In this document: piece after piece, positions 1 through 8,575 of the stretch
Position numbering within the stretch: the first letter of the stretch is position 1
Layout of the letters: each line of letters begins with the position of its first letter
Source: a virus
Direction: 5' to 3' (one strand)
Length of the DNA: 38,971 bases
IMG/VR virus record: IMGVR_UViG_3300045391_003815
Coordinates: 1 to 38,971 of that record
The notes under the pieces: model-generated
What the model was told of the DNA's origin: nothing
Database searches by the model: none
The model's input: the letters and a program-made list of their open reading frames with translations, nothing else
Position numbers and translations under genes: made by a program

Positions 1-30
1 GTCCTCATCCTGTAGGCCAGTGCTATCCGA
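1..30. repeat. Terminal 30-nt direct repeat, copy 1 (circular-assembly overlap)
   Basis: gtcctcatcctgtaggccagtgctatccga is identical to 38942..38971; a minus-strand reading frame crosses the junction without a stop. Confidence 0.95.
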
Positions 31-90
31 ATAGTCTACGTTGTTGGAGTCGCGACGGGCCTGGGCTATGAGAAGCTCTATACGCCTCAT
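31..90 (-). CDS. N-terminal 20 codons (MRRIELLIAQARRDSNNVDY) of the wrap-around structural gene that continues at 38971..38102
   Basis: ATG at 90-88 overlaps the TGA of ORF 87..356 as ATGA. The frame stays open through 31 and, since 30 equals 38971, on into ORF 38102..38908. GAGGA lies upstream. Confidence 0.6.
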
Positions 91-356
91 CCCATCCTCT
101 TCCTCATCATCGCAGCAGCCATAGCCAGCTTAGCAGCCTTGCCGTCATCTTCGCCCTCAGCAGCCTCGTCGTCACCGCCATCCTCTGCGTCCTCATTGTC
201 AGGCATTGCATCGCCCTGCGCAGGGTTAGAGGCTTTAGCTCCCATGTTGTCAGCTAGCCAGGAGTTAGCGTCCACGCCTTCATCTCTAAGGTATTCCTTG
301 AGACTAAACAGCATCTCCTGAGCTTTATCCTGTACATCCGTGTCAATTTTCTTCAT
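87..356 (-). CDS. Hypothetical acidic protein (89 aa)
   Basis: ORF coupled by 4-nt overlaps on both sides; acidic run DNEDAEDGGDDEAAEGEDD followed by a basic tail. Confidence 0.6.
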   Translation of the reverse strand: MKKIDTDVQDKAQEMLFSLKEYLRDEGVDANSWLADNMGAKASNPAQGDAMPDNEDAEDGGDDEAAEGEDDGKAAKLAMAAAMMRKRMG

Positions 357-769
357 CGAATCACTCCTCGAATATTTTGCATAATACGGGAAAACGCCTG
401 GCGCTCTCCCTCTCCTGTAGCCTGGATGGCCCTGGCCTTATTCTGGTACTCAGTGTTGATCGCATCGTACATGAGTTTTCGCTCCAGCGCTTTTCTGTCC
501 GCTGCGTTCTTCATTAACGAGCCAAATAGTGAGGTACCTGCGACGATGCCACCGGCAGCGACATCGCCTGAGATTCCACCGGGAGTGCCAGCCTCTGAGC
601 CTGCTCCAAGCCCAACAGCAGCGCCAGAACCAGCGTTAGGATCAACATCCTCATTGGTATCCTCCACAGCAGTCGTCACTCGAGGTGGCGGTACTAGTCC
701 CTGCAGCTGCTTGATCTGATCTTTCAGCTCGTCCAGCTTTGTGTTGTAGGGGTTATAGCTCGGGATCAC
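353..769 (-). CDS. Hypothetical protein (138 aa), Gly/Ala-rich centre
   Basis: ORF in the late-strand gene train; 4-nt overlaps with both neighbours. Confidence 0.6.
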   Translation of the reverse strand: MIPSYNPYNTKLDELKDQIKQLQGLVPPPRVTTAVEDTNEDVDPNAGSGAAVGLGAGSEAGTPGGISGDVAAGGIVAGTSLFGSLMKNAADRKALERKLMYDAINTEYQNKARAIQATGEGERQAFSRIMQNIRGVIR

Positions 770-981
770 GCGATGCTCCGATACTGGTTGATAATGTCCT
801 CAATCGTGCTCTGCTGCCCAGCGCCCATGTTCTGGATGCCTTGCATCTGCGTGTTATACCCTTGCTTGAGCCCCTCATATTCAAGCTCGCGCTGCTGCTG
901 TTTGCGCTGCTGAGCTTGGCCTAGCAGGTCACCAAACATCTTGGCGCCAGCCATAATTGCAAATGGAAGAGCGGCTACCAT
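766..981 (-). CDS. Hypothetical small protein (71 aa), hydrophobic N-terminus, Gln-rich
   Basis: ORF in the gene train; VAALPFAIMAGA N-terminus. Confidence 0.5.
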   Translation of the reverse strand: MVAALPFAIMAGAKMFGDLLGQAQQRKQQQRELEYEGLKQGYNTQMQGIQNMGAGQQSTIEDIINQYRSIA

Positions 982-990
982 AGGGCCTCC

Positions 991-1509
991 TTAAGCGTAA
1001 GAATTCTTGAACTCGCCGTAGTAGCTAGTACCGTCATAGTACAGCTCTACGATATCTATCGCGTCGTCGCTCTGCGACAGTAAGGGAGATTGACCGTTCT
1101 CCCATTTGATCGTGGGCCAGAAAATGTCTCTGGGCGTGGCAGCCTGCGTGATGATGATTTTGTATTTACCGCCACGCGTCGGGTTACTAAAGCTCAGCGT
1201 AACATCACCAGAGGCAGCGCCCAGGTCTAGCGGAACGATGGCTCCGTTGGCCCAGTCGATAGCCTGGGACGTTCCAGAAGGCGTTAGGCCTGTCTGTTGG
1301 TAGAAGCCAATGTTCTTTGCCAGCTTGTCCAGAGTAACAGAGTAGTCCGTGTAGGAGTCCGTCACCATCTTGGCGCCGTCTCCACTACCAGTGTGCTGGT
1401 GCTGAGAGATCTTCTGCCAGGTGGTGTTGCGCATGGTGCTTCCCCAGTTGCGCGTACCATTGGTAGGGATTGTCAGCGTAAGGCCGCTTGTCACCTGAAC
1501 GTAAGGCAT
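991..1509 (-). CDS. Virion structural protein, probable fibre or receptor-binding accessory (172 aa)
   Basis: Fibre-type motifs (NGTRNWGSTMRNTTWQKISQHQHTGSGDG; KWENGQSPLL...YYDGTSYYG); 1-nt overlap with the upstream ORF. Confidence 0.6.
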   Translation of the reverse strand: MPYVQVTSGLTLTIPTNGTRNWGSTMRNTTWQKISQHQHTGSGDGAKMVTDSYTDYSVTLDKLAKNIGFYQQTGLTPSGTSQAIDWANGAIVPLDLGAASGDVTLSFSNPTRGGKYKIIITQAATPRDIFWPTIKWENGQSPLLSQSDDAIDIVELYYDGTSYYGEFKNSYA

Positions 1510-2132
1510 CAGCCCCCCTTAGAGCAGAAGTTGACCACGCTCGTTATCTGGCCAGCAGATAGCACATGGACAACCCTGCAAAACTTGTAGGGCGGATCAG
1601 TGTCGGACAGGATAACGTTCCCGCCGCCAGTGAACGCCGAAGACTTGTTGGGGATATCCACCCAGTTGGTTAGGTCCGCTACCGCTCCCGGATCGTTACA
1701 GCCCTGGAGCTTCACCGTCCCACTGAGAGTAGCAGGAGTCAGGGTGTGCGTGCCGCCGCCAGCTGCCGCCGTGATGTCCACCGCCGTACCCGCTACTGCG
1801 TTAGCCTGGGTTGTGGCCAGCTTGATCGTGTCATCGTCCACCTTGATAACGTAGTAGTTTCCAGCGCTAAGCCCTGCAGGAAGAACGCCAGACGTGGAGG
1901 CCGCGACTTTGAGGCCGGTGAGGAATCCGTGGCCGGTAATCCCGATAGTGTCATCTGCCGGTGTCACGTCACCGTCGACAAAGGTCTTCGCGACCGGAGT
2001 CGTATTTAGAATGGCGACGATGACTGAGAAGCACTTCACATATTCTAGGTCTAACGCATCGCCATCATCATCGGCTGCAATAGACAGACTATCTAGGGTC
2101 TTGTTGTCTCTAAGAAAAGCTTTCTGGCCCAT
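1509..2132 (-). CDS. Virion structural protein (207 aa), function unknown
   Basis: Ala/Gly/Thr/Val-rich beta-type composition; lies within the fibre gene block. Confidence 0.6.
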   Translation of the reverse strand: MGQKAFLRDNKTLDSLSIAADDDGDALDLEYVKCFSVIVAILNTTPVAKTFVDGDVTPADDTIGITGHGFLTGLKVAASTSGVLPAGLSAGNYYVIKVDDDTIKLATTQANAVAGTAVDITAAAGGGTHTLTPATLSGTVKLQGCNDPGAVADLTNWVDIPNKSSAFTGGGNVILSDTDPPYKFCRVVHVLSAGQITSVVNFCSKGG

Positions 2133-2142
2133 AACTATCCTT

Positions 2143-3021
2143 TCACAGCTCGAATGCTAGGAGCTTTGCGTAGTTTACTCCAGCCGCCGCAACGCCCGAG
2201 CCGCCTTTAATCTGTACCTTATAGGTGTACGTGCCCGCCGAGGGAACATCCACCATCTGCCAGGCGCTACACGGTACGAACATGTCAATATCGCTAGCAA
2301 CGCTAGAGCTAAGCAGCCCAATGTCAGTGCTAGCTCTAATAAACTTGAAACTGAGCGATATCGAGCCGGAAACACTATTGGACTGGTAGACGTTGCACAC
2401 ATTGGCGCTACCATCGGGGATGAGCCCTAGCCACACAGGCCGCCCTGTCGTGGTGATAGACACGCTCAGGTTGGTCACATCAGTGTAGGTAGTGTTGGTC
2501 GTGCTGAAGTTGCTCGAGCTCGAACTCAGCTGTTGCCCTAGAGCCGCTCGCTTTGCCTGCGTCACGGAGCCATCGGCTAGCTTCGCAGTAGTAACGTTGG
2601 CATCCAGGATCTTGACCGTAGTCACTGCATCGCTTGCCAGCTTTGCAGCAGAGATACCGCCGTCTTTTACACGGAGGCCGCTCGAATCCTCGATGGTAAC
2701 GTTGTCCAGCGTCGGATTGCCAATGATCACCCAGTTTGTTGAGGAACCATTGTCAGTCTTTCGGTAGACCGTTCCTGTACTGGTATTGTGATAGAAGCTT
2801 CCCTTGGTAGCGCTAGTGGCCGAAGAGGAAGGGTCCACAGTACCAGTCAGGAACTGGATCTTACCATTGACGTCAAAATTGTCTTTCAGCGCCTTAACTG
2901 TGGTGCTGTTGCTAAATATGGTGGCCGCAGGCATTGCTACCTGCGGTACCACCATACCCACAACTAGGAGCGCCGTGAGGAACGCGTTTTTCACTGGGCA
3001 CCTCGCTCTAACAGAATCCAA
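2143..3021 (-). CDS. Tail-fibre-like protein (292 aa)
   Basis: Repeated AKLA motif (GGISAAKLASDAVTTVKILDANVTTAKLADGSVTQAK) in a Ser/Thr/Asn-rich body. Start uncertain because of a 31-nt overlap with the upstream ORF. Confidence 0.6.
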   Translation of the reverse strand: MDSVRARCPVKNAFLTALLVVGMVVPQVAMPAATIFSNSTTVKALKDNFDVNGKIQFLTGTVDPSSSATSATKGSFYHNTSTGTVYRKTDNGSSTNWVIIGNPTLDNVTIEDSSGLRVKDGGISAAKLASDAVTTVKILDANVTTAKLADGSVTQAKRAALGQQLSSSSSNFSTTNTTYTDVTNLSVSITTTGRPVWLGLIPDGSANVCNVYQSNSVSGSISLSFKFIRASTDIGLLSSSVASDIDMFVPCSAWQMVDVPSAGTYTYKVQIKGGSGVAAAGVNYAKLLAFEL

Positions 3022-3374
3022 GCAGGGCCAGTGATCATCGGCGGGTACGCCTTGCCGATTAATTCTTTGAGAAGCGCTACCTCTTCTACCGACACATCCA
3101 GCTCTTCCTGTCGGCTAGCTGCGTTATGAATGCGGCAGGCCAGGTTGAACCGCTGCAACTTCTTCTCTCCGGGTAACGTGTCTTCGCCTTTACTCGCTAG
3201 CAGCGGGTTGATACAGGCAGCAGACAACTCAAGGGGTTTGCGAATAACCTTACCCTCTTCATCCAACTGTTCGTCGACAAGAGGCTTATTATTAAACCCC
3301 ATCAGGTGTTCGTGAAACTTGATCTTCATCTTGGCTCTCCTTATGGGCAGTATCTTCGCTGTTTCAGCCGCCAT
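2991..3374 (-). CDS. Hypothetical protein (127 aa)
   Basis: ORF in the gene train between the two fibre-like genes. Confidence 0.55.
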   Translation of the reverse strand: MAAETAKILPIRRAKMKIKFHEHLMGFNNKPLVDEQLDEEGKVIRKPLELSAACINPLLASKGEDTLPGEKKLQRFNLACRIHNAASRQEELDVSVEEVALLKELIGKAYPPMITGPAWILLERGAQ

Positions 3375-3387
3375 GGGTCAATCCTCT

Positions 3388-5544
3388 TTAGGAGAACGCT
3401 CCGGGGGCAGTACCGCCCTTCCAGCCACTGTTATAGATGTAGAACTTATTATTGGTCGTGTCGTAAATCATGGGTACCGTGCCAGCCTGCGTCGTAGGTG
3501 TGCCAGTGGGCGTCCCTGCGCAGCTGGGTATGTACAAGAATCCGTCCGTGGCGCTGGTAGATAGCTGGGAGCCTTCTCCACCGATAACCACGTTTCCAGC
3601 GCCAGTGATCACGATGCGGCGATTGGAGTTGGTGCGAATGTTGATGATCTTGTTGCCGAGCATCGACAGGTCAAAGCTGGTAAAGGTGCTGTTGACCGTG
3701 ATGCCGCAGTTGTTGCCGCCTGCGTTGCTGGCGGCAAAGAGGTTGAAGTCATCAACCGTACTCAGCTTGATACGGCACTCTGCGCTCGCATTGGTGCTGT
3801 CGTTGCGTACCTGCAAGATAGTGGAGGCGCTTTGATCGTTGCGGACTATCACGCCGCCCGTGCCTTGGAACGTAACCTGGCAAGTGGTAGTGGCGATCCG
3901 CAGGGCATTGGTGCTGCCAAGAGCACTGCTGTTCGAGATGACGAAGGAATCGCTGTCAGAGTTGTCCAGCCCCAAGCACCAGTCAGTAACGCTAGATACA
4001 GCGAGGCCAATAAAGCTGTCGAAGGCATTTGAGCCAGCTACGGACAGATAAACAGCAGCTCCGGAACCAGAGGTATTGGAGGAGTGATCCAGCTCAAAAT
4101 ACCCAGTCGTTCCAGACGTACCGTAGGCTACTAGAAGGCCGCGTCCATTGACCTTATGGAACTGGCCGCCGCTGGTCTCGCCTAAAGTCCATTTGCCGTT
4201 GGAGTCTATGCTGCCGCGTACCGTCGAGTTGACCGTCCACTGGAATGAGCCTGACGCGCTGTAGTTCCTGAACGTGAAAACGGTGTCTGTGGAGGCGAGA
4301 AACCCGGTAGCCGCTACCGTGGTACTGCTATCCTTGTATACGACCTGCGCCTGGCAGTTAGTACCCAGCGCGCCGTTTGAATCCTGTAACGTGAAGGTGG
4401 GGTTACCAGCCTTCACTATCTCAAGGTTGCCGCTTAGATGCGACGCGTTAGCTGAAGTAAAATTGAATACCCAACTACCAGTGAAGGTAGAGTTGTCCGC
4501 CGCCCAGGCGTTATTGGTGCCAGCAGTCGGAGCCGCAGCATAATAGTGCAGCATCCTGGTGATGGTGTTGGACGCTCCCTTGCTTGCAGGCTGTGCATAG
4601 AAAGAAGCGGCAATAGGCGTCGTAAACGATGCATTAGCAGTCTGTACCTTGCCAGAGACGGCGGCGTACAGCGTCGTGACGCTAGAGGGGGCTAGAGTGT
4701 CTACCAGGAGCCCGTAGGACGTGGCAGAGGAAAGGTTACCGGACGCGCCGTTGCCCACCTGAGCCATAGCGCTCGTGCCGCCCAGGAGTAGCTCAGAGAG
4801 CCCAATACCCATGGTGATGACACCAGCGCCGCTAACCAGCAGGCGTTGAACGGTATTAGTCCTAATCGAAACAGGGTTAGATCCGAGCTGATTTAGCTCA
4901 AGGCCGCCAGTGAAGCCAGCGTTTGACGTTAGCTGCGCTACCGAGCCCGCGCCACTAGAATTAGCCAGAAGGTTGAAATCATCAGCGTCAGAGCTAAGTT
5001 TCAATACAGCAGCGGAGCTAGCGCCATTATTGTCATTTCTGACTTGTAGCGTTGTAACTCCAGCCCTGTCTTTTCTGAATGAGAGTAGACCAGTGCTTGG
5101 GCTATAAGTGAGACCCGTGTCGCCTGTGATCTCAGAGCTAGAAGACCAGTAAGCAATCTGCCCAGCTGCAGGGGTGCCAGAGATTTGAGCGGAGCTTCCG
5201 CCGCCATCGCCGCTTAGAAAAAAGCCGGACGCTATGAGCGCCGGCGTTCCCCCTGAAGCAGAGTAGGTGTCACAATCGAAGTACACCTCATCATAAACAC
5301 TGCAACTGATAGTGACGCCGTCAGTGGCGTCCGTGATTGTCTCTAGAAGCGTCCAATTGGCCTGGTGCCTGATGCGACCATAGACCTTTACTACATTGCT
5401 GCCATCTACGTTCTCGACCGCAACACGTATAGCATTGTGGCCGCGCACGTCATACGGCTCTGTAGCAGACGCACCAATAGCTCCGGTACCCGTGAACTGT
5501 TGGTACGCCTCGAATTTATTCTTTGCGGCGCGGAACTGGTCCAT
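3388..5544 (-). CDS. Large fibre/spike-like structural protein (718 aa) with an internally duplicated module
   Basis: Ser/Thr/Gly/Asn-rich. A module of about 81 aa occurs twice (aa 165-246 and aa 576-656). C-terminal motif GTVPMIYDTTNNKFYIYNSGWKG resembles fibre-tip hairpin motifs. Confidence 0.7.
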   Translation of the reverse strand: MDQFRAAKNKFEAYQQFTGTGAIGASATEPYDVRGHNAIRVAVENVDGSNVVKVYGRIRHQANWTLLETITDATDGVTISCSVYDEVYFDCDTYSASGGTPALIASGFFLSGDGGGSSAQISGTPAAGQIAYWSSSSEITGDTGLTYSPSTGLLSFRKDRAGVTTLQVRNDNNGASSAAVLKLSSDADDFNLLANSSGAGSVAQLTSNAGFTGGLELNQLGSNPVSIRTNTVQRLLVSGAGVITMGIGLSELLLGGTSAMAQVGNGASGNLSSATSYGLLVDTLAPSSVTTLYAAVSGKVQTANASFTTPIAASFYAQPASKGASNTITRMLHYYAAAPTAGTNNAWAADNSTFTGSWVFNFTSANASHLSGNLEIVKAGNPTFTLQDSNGALGTNCQAQVVYKDSSTTVAATGFLASTDTVFTFRNYSASGSFQWTVNSTVRGSIDSNGKWTLGETSGGQFHKVNGRGLLVAYGTSGTTGYFELDHSSNTSGSGAAVYLSVAGSNAFDSFIGLAVSSVTDWCLGLDNSDSDSFVISNSSALGSTNALRIATTTCQVTFQGTGGVIVRNDQSASTILQVRNDSTNASAECRIKLSTVDDFNLFAASNAGGNNCGITVNSTFTSFDLSMLGNKIINIRTNSNRRIVITGAGNVVIGGEGSQLSTSATDGFLYIPSCAGTPTGTPTTQAGTVPMIYDTTNNKFYIYNSGWKGGTAPGAFS

Positions 5545-5591
5545 GAGGCCCCCAGTGACGGGGACAGACGGTTATCTATCCCCGCTCAGGT

Positions 5592-5939
5592 TTAACCGTT
5601 CTGCTCGTCAGCGTCATCAGACAGCACGATTTGAAGGTGGAATTTACCATCCTTCGCCGTGGTGCCATCAGTGCCATCCCAGAGCATTACCCGGACTACA
5701 GAAGCCGCAGTGTCAGAATGCAGCGTACCGATAAGGTCGCCGGCATCGGCGATCGGGGTAACCTGGGCGTTGAGCAGTCTCGCACCAGCCTGGTTAGGGG
5801 TGATGGAGTAGTCGCCAGTGCCGTTATCGACCAAGCTGGCGCTCTTAGAGCCAGAGGTGATAGCGGCAGTGCCGGTACCATCCACAACCAAGTGGATTAC
5901 TCTGACCTTACGTTGATTGGACTTAATTTCTCTTAGCAT
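5592..5939 (-). CDS. Small beta-rich protein downstream of the capsid gene (115 aa); possible capsid decoration
   Basis: ORF with GAAGGA upstream of the ATG; the functional call rests on position only. Confidence 0.55.
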   Translation of the reverse strand: MLREIKSNQRKVRVIHLVVDGTGTAAITSGSKSASLVDNGTGDYSITPNQAGARLLNAQVTPIADAGDLIGTLHSDTAASVVRVMLWDGTDGTTAKDGKFHLQIVLSDDADEQNG

Positions 5940-5976
5940 GAGGTGAGTCCTTCTTCTCTCCGTGGAGAATAGGTAG

Positions 5977-6007
5977 GTGGGTAGCCCTGTACTAGCAGCT
6001 ACCCACC
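5977..6007 (-). terminator. Hairpin after the major capsid gene (attenuator or RNA-stability element)
   Basis: 10-bp stem ggtgggtagc / gctacccacc with an 11-nt loop in the 79-nt gap after the capsid stop; only a weak U-tract follows on the minus strand. Confidence 0.4.
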
Positions 6008-6018
6008 ACCAAGGTTTA

Positions 6019-7215
6019 TCAGGTCGCGAGACCCGTCAAAACACCATGGAACGAGGGCGGGATGTACGCCTGGAGGTATCCACCATAGCGCGCATCGTAG
6101 GCGTCCTCGGTGCTAGACCGCAGGAACACCGTGCCGTCATCATCAAACCAGCCGAAGCCGGGGCGGTGATGAACTTCGATGTAGTTGTCGTTCAGGAAGT
6201 ACATGCGATCCGCGTCGCAGAACCGATCCGCGAACACACCCACAGGTCCAGCACTGGACATGAACTCAATCCCTCGGAAAGAGACCTTGCCCTTCAGCTC
6301 AGACGCACGGGGATCGATGATGTACTGCTTTTGATCCTCGAGCTGGTTTAAGAGCTTACGCAGCTGGGTATAAGACGTGATGATCAGGTTCGGCACCTTG
6401 CCGCACTGCTTCTCAACACCGAGCATGCACTCGTTCATCAGGTCAGGGCTGATGCCCGCGCTGGCCGCAGCCTTCTGGAAGGCTTGCCACCGGCGACCGA
6501 TGTTCACCGAGTATTTCGTGCTCGAGGTCGCATCCAAGACGCCTTTCAACCCTTCCGGGTCGTTGTTCTTGGAATTCTGCATGTAAATGCTGTGCGTTCC
6601 CGCACCGATCATCGTGAGGTCGTCTGAGCCGCTGATGCGGGCCAGGGTGACTACTCCCGTAGAAGCATTGACCGCAGTGATCTCCCACACAGACGACAGC
6701 GAGTTAACGTTGACGAAATCCTTCTCTTCGAAGTTCGCCTCATTGAACTTGTAGCTGCCCGTGGTGAGGATCGTGACTACCGGAGCCGTCGCCGTTCCGC
6801 TGGTGCTACCAGAGAACTGGCCGAGGATGCCAGTGCCATCGTTGAAGAGGATGCGAGACATATTGCGCATCCAAGACTCTACGGTCTTCTGCACAACGTG
6901 CTTGGTCAGGCGAACGAACGCGCCTTCATCGTCCTCAGCCGCCTTAGTGGCCTCACGGTCTACTTTACAGACCGCATAGACTTTCTTGGCGCTGATGACC
7001 GCATCTTCATAGTTCGCTTCATTGGCAGTGGGAAGCGAGCCGGAACCCACGCCGCCACCGAACGAGGTCGGGACAGCAACGTCCATGCGTTTGCCGGTAA
7101 ACTTATAAGATTTCTTGACGCGACCAAGCAGGACAGTTGCCGAGTTATACGTGTTGTCACTCAGCTTGCCGTACTTGATCTTAAATAGATTTGAGGCATC
7201 TGTTAAATCGTACAT
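6019..7215 (-). CDS. Major capsid protein (398 aa)
   Basis: Lies directly after the scaffold-like gene; GGAGG RBS 8 nt upstream of the ATG; size and composition typical of HK97-fold capsid proteins. Confidence 0.8.
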   Translation of the reverse strand: MYDLTDASNLFKIKYGKLSDNTYNSATVLLGRVKKSYKFTGKRMDVAVPTSFGGGVGSGSLPTANEANYEDAVISAKKVYAVCKVDREATKAAEDDEGAFVRLTKHVVQKTVESWMRNMSRILFNDGTGILGQFSGSTSGTATAPVVTILTTGSYKFNEANFEEKDFVNVNSLSSVWEITAVNASTGVVTLARISGSDDLTMIGAGTHSIYMQNSKNNDPEGLKGVLDATSSTKYSVNIGRRWQAFQKAAASAGISPDLMNECMLGVEKQCGKVPNLIITSYTQLRKLLNQLEDQKQYIIDPRASELKGKVSFRGIEFMSSAGPVGVFADRFCDADRMYFLNDNYIEVHHRPGFGWFDDDGTVFLRSSTEDAYDARYGGYLQAYIPPSFHGVLTGLAT

Positions 7216-7330
7216 AGCCTAAACCTCCAATTAAGAGTGTTAATCCAAATGGTTACAGGTTATAGACTAGCAGTTTAGCCAGATGTGCGGCTCTGGAGTC
7301 AGGCTCCAGTTTGGCTACGCGGTGGCTCCG

Positions 7331-8563
7331 CTATTCTAGGTCGTCCCAACTCATGGGCTCTTGTCTCGGGTTAGATGGCCGTTTAGCCGTCACTGACGGA
7401 TCAGCCTTTTTAACCTTTTGAGACAAATTCTTAGCGGCTTTGCTCTTCAACCCTAACGCTTCTCTGGCAACCTGTACTAGGTCGTCCTTAGTGAAGTCAG
7501 GGAACTTGAGCTTGGCCTCACGCATCAATTGTACAACCTTTTCTGGATTTTCCAAGTCCCCCAGCTCTTGCAATGCTTCCTGGGCGGTGGATTCAGCCTG
7601 GTTGGAGCCAAAATACTCCCCGATCTGCTCCGGGGTGATAGCGTCCTTATTGAACTTACCGCTAGCTACCATCTTGTCATAGGTCTCTACCAGCTGGGCG
7701 TCAGTCATGCCCGTAGCCTGGATCACCTGGTCAAAACGGGTCTGCATGGCCTTGGCTTCTGAGGCCTTCCTATCGTTCTGGGCCTTGCGCTTATCCCGCT
7801 CGTTGTAGATCTCGAGCTGGTCCTGCATATCCTCAGTCTTATGGCTGTCATCAATCTCGACACCCATCTGCTTGCGGATCTGCTGCTTCATCTCCATCCA
7901 GACCTTAGCCGGATCAGCGCCTACCAGCTCCGCCATGAATGTGACTAGGCCCTTGGGGTTTTTGTCCTTAACAGCCAGGTTATAGGCTGTGGAGATAGCC
8001 TCATTGATATCGCTGACCGATTGCTCAAACTGCTTTTCCCGGCCAGCCAGGTCGTTCAGCTTCTTGCCGTAGTGAACCTTCCCATTGTAGTCGTTCAGCA
8101 GCTCCTGCAGCTCTACTTCCCCGACTTTGGTCTTAAACTTGGTACCAGCAGGGATCTCAGCTGTCTTTCCATCTCCAAGGTCCACTTTATATCGTTGCTT
8201 CGATTTAAACTTATCATCGCCCTCTTTCTTGTCCTTCTGCTTGCCTGCCGCAGCCTCATCATCTTCTCCACCTTCCTCAGCACCCTCTTTAGTCTTGTCA
8301 GCAGGTTTTTTCTCTTTTGCCTTGGCAGTATCCCCACTGTCCTCTCCGTCGCCTGCCTCATCACCTGCCTTAGCTTTATCTGTCTTAGTCTTTGGCTTTG
8401 GTCCATCTGCGCCCTTTCTGGACTTCGGAGCAAACTCCATCACCTGTTCTAGCTCGTCAAAGGTGGTAGCCTCTGCTCCTCCTTTGACTATGGCTTCGCT
8501 GCTGGAACTACCAGCAGACGTATCCGTATTGGTATTGATTGATTCGGCGGCTCCTGTGGTCAT
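7331..8563 (-). CDS. Scaffolding protein (410 aa)
   Basis: Highly charged Lys/Glu/Asp/Ala-rich helical protein lying between the portal and capsid genes. Confidence 0.7.
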   Translation of the reverse strand: MTTGAAESINTNTDTSAGSSSSEAIVKGGAEATTFDELEQVMEFAPKSRKGADGPKPKTKTDKAKAGDEAGDGEDSGDTAKAKEKKPADKTKEGAEEGGEDDEAAAGKQKDKKEGDDKFKSKQRYKVDLGDGKTAEIPAGTKFKTKVGEVELQELLNDYNGKVHYGKKLNDLAGREKQFEQSVSDINEAISTAYNLAVKDKNPKGLVTFMAELVGADPAKVWMEMKQQIRKQMGVEIDDSHKTEDMQDQLEIYNERDKRKAQNDRKASEAKAMQTRFDQVIQATGMTDAQLVETYDKMVASGKFNKDAITPEQIGEYFGSNQAESTAQEALQELGDLENPEKVVQLMREAKLKFPDFTKDDLVQVAREALGLKSKAAKNLSQKVKKADPSVTAKRPSNPRQEPMSWDDLE

Positions 8564-8575
8564 GTCAGTCTCCTA

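Noticed and set aside
1-30. The 30-nt terminal repeat interpreted as biological direct terminal repeats (T7-like DTR).
   Set aside because: It is very short and lies inside an open reading frame that is only complete when the ends are joined. It is most simply an assembly overlap.
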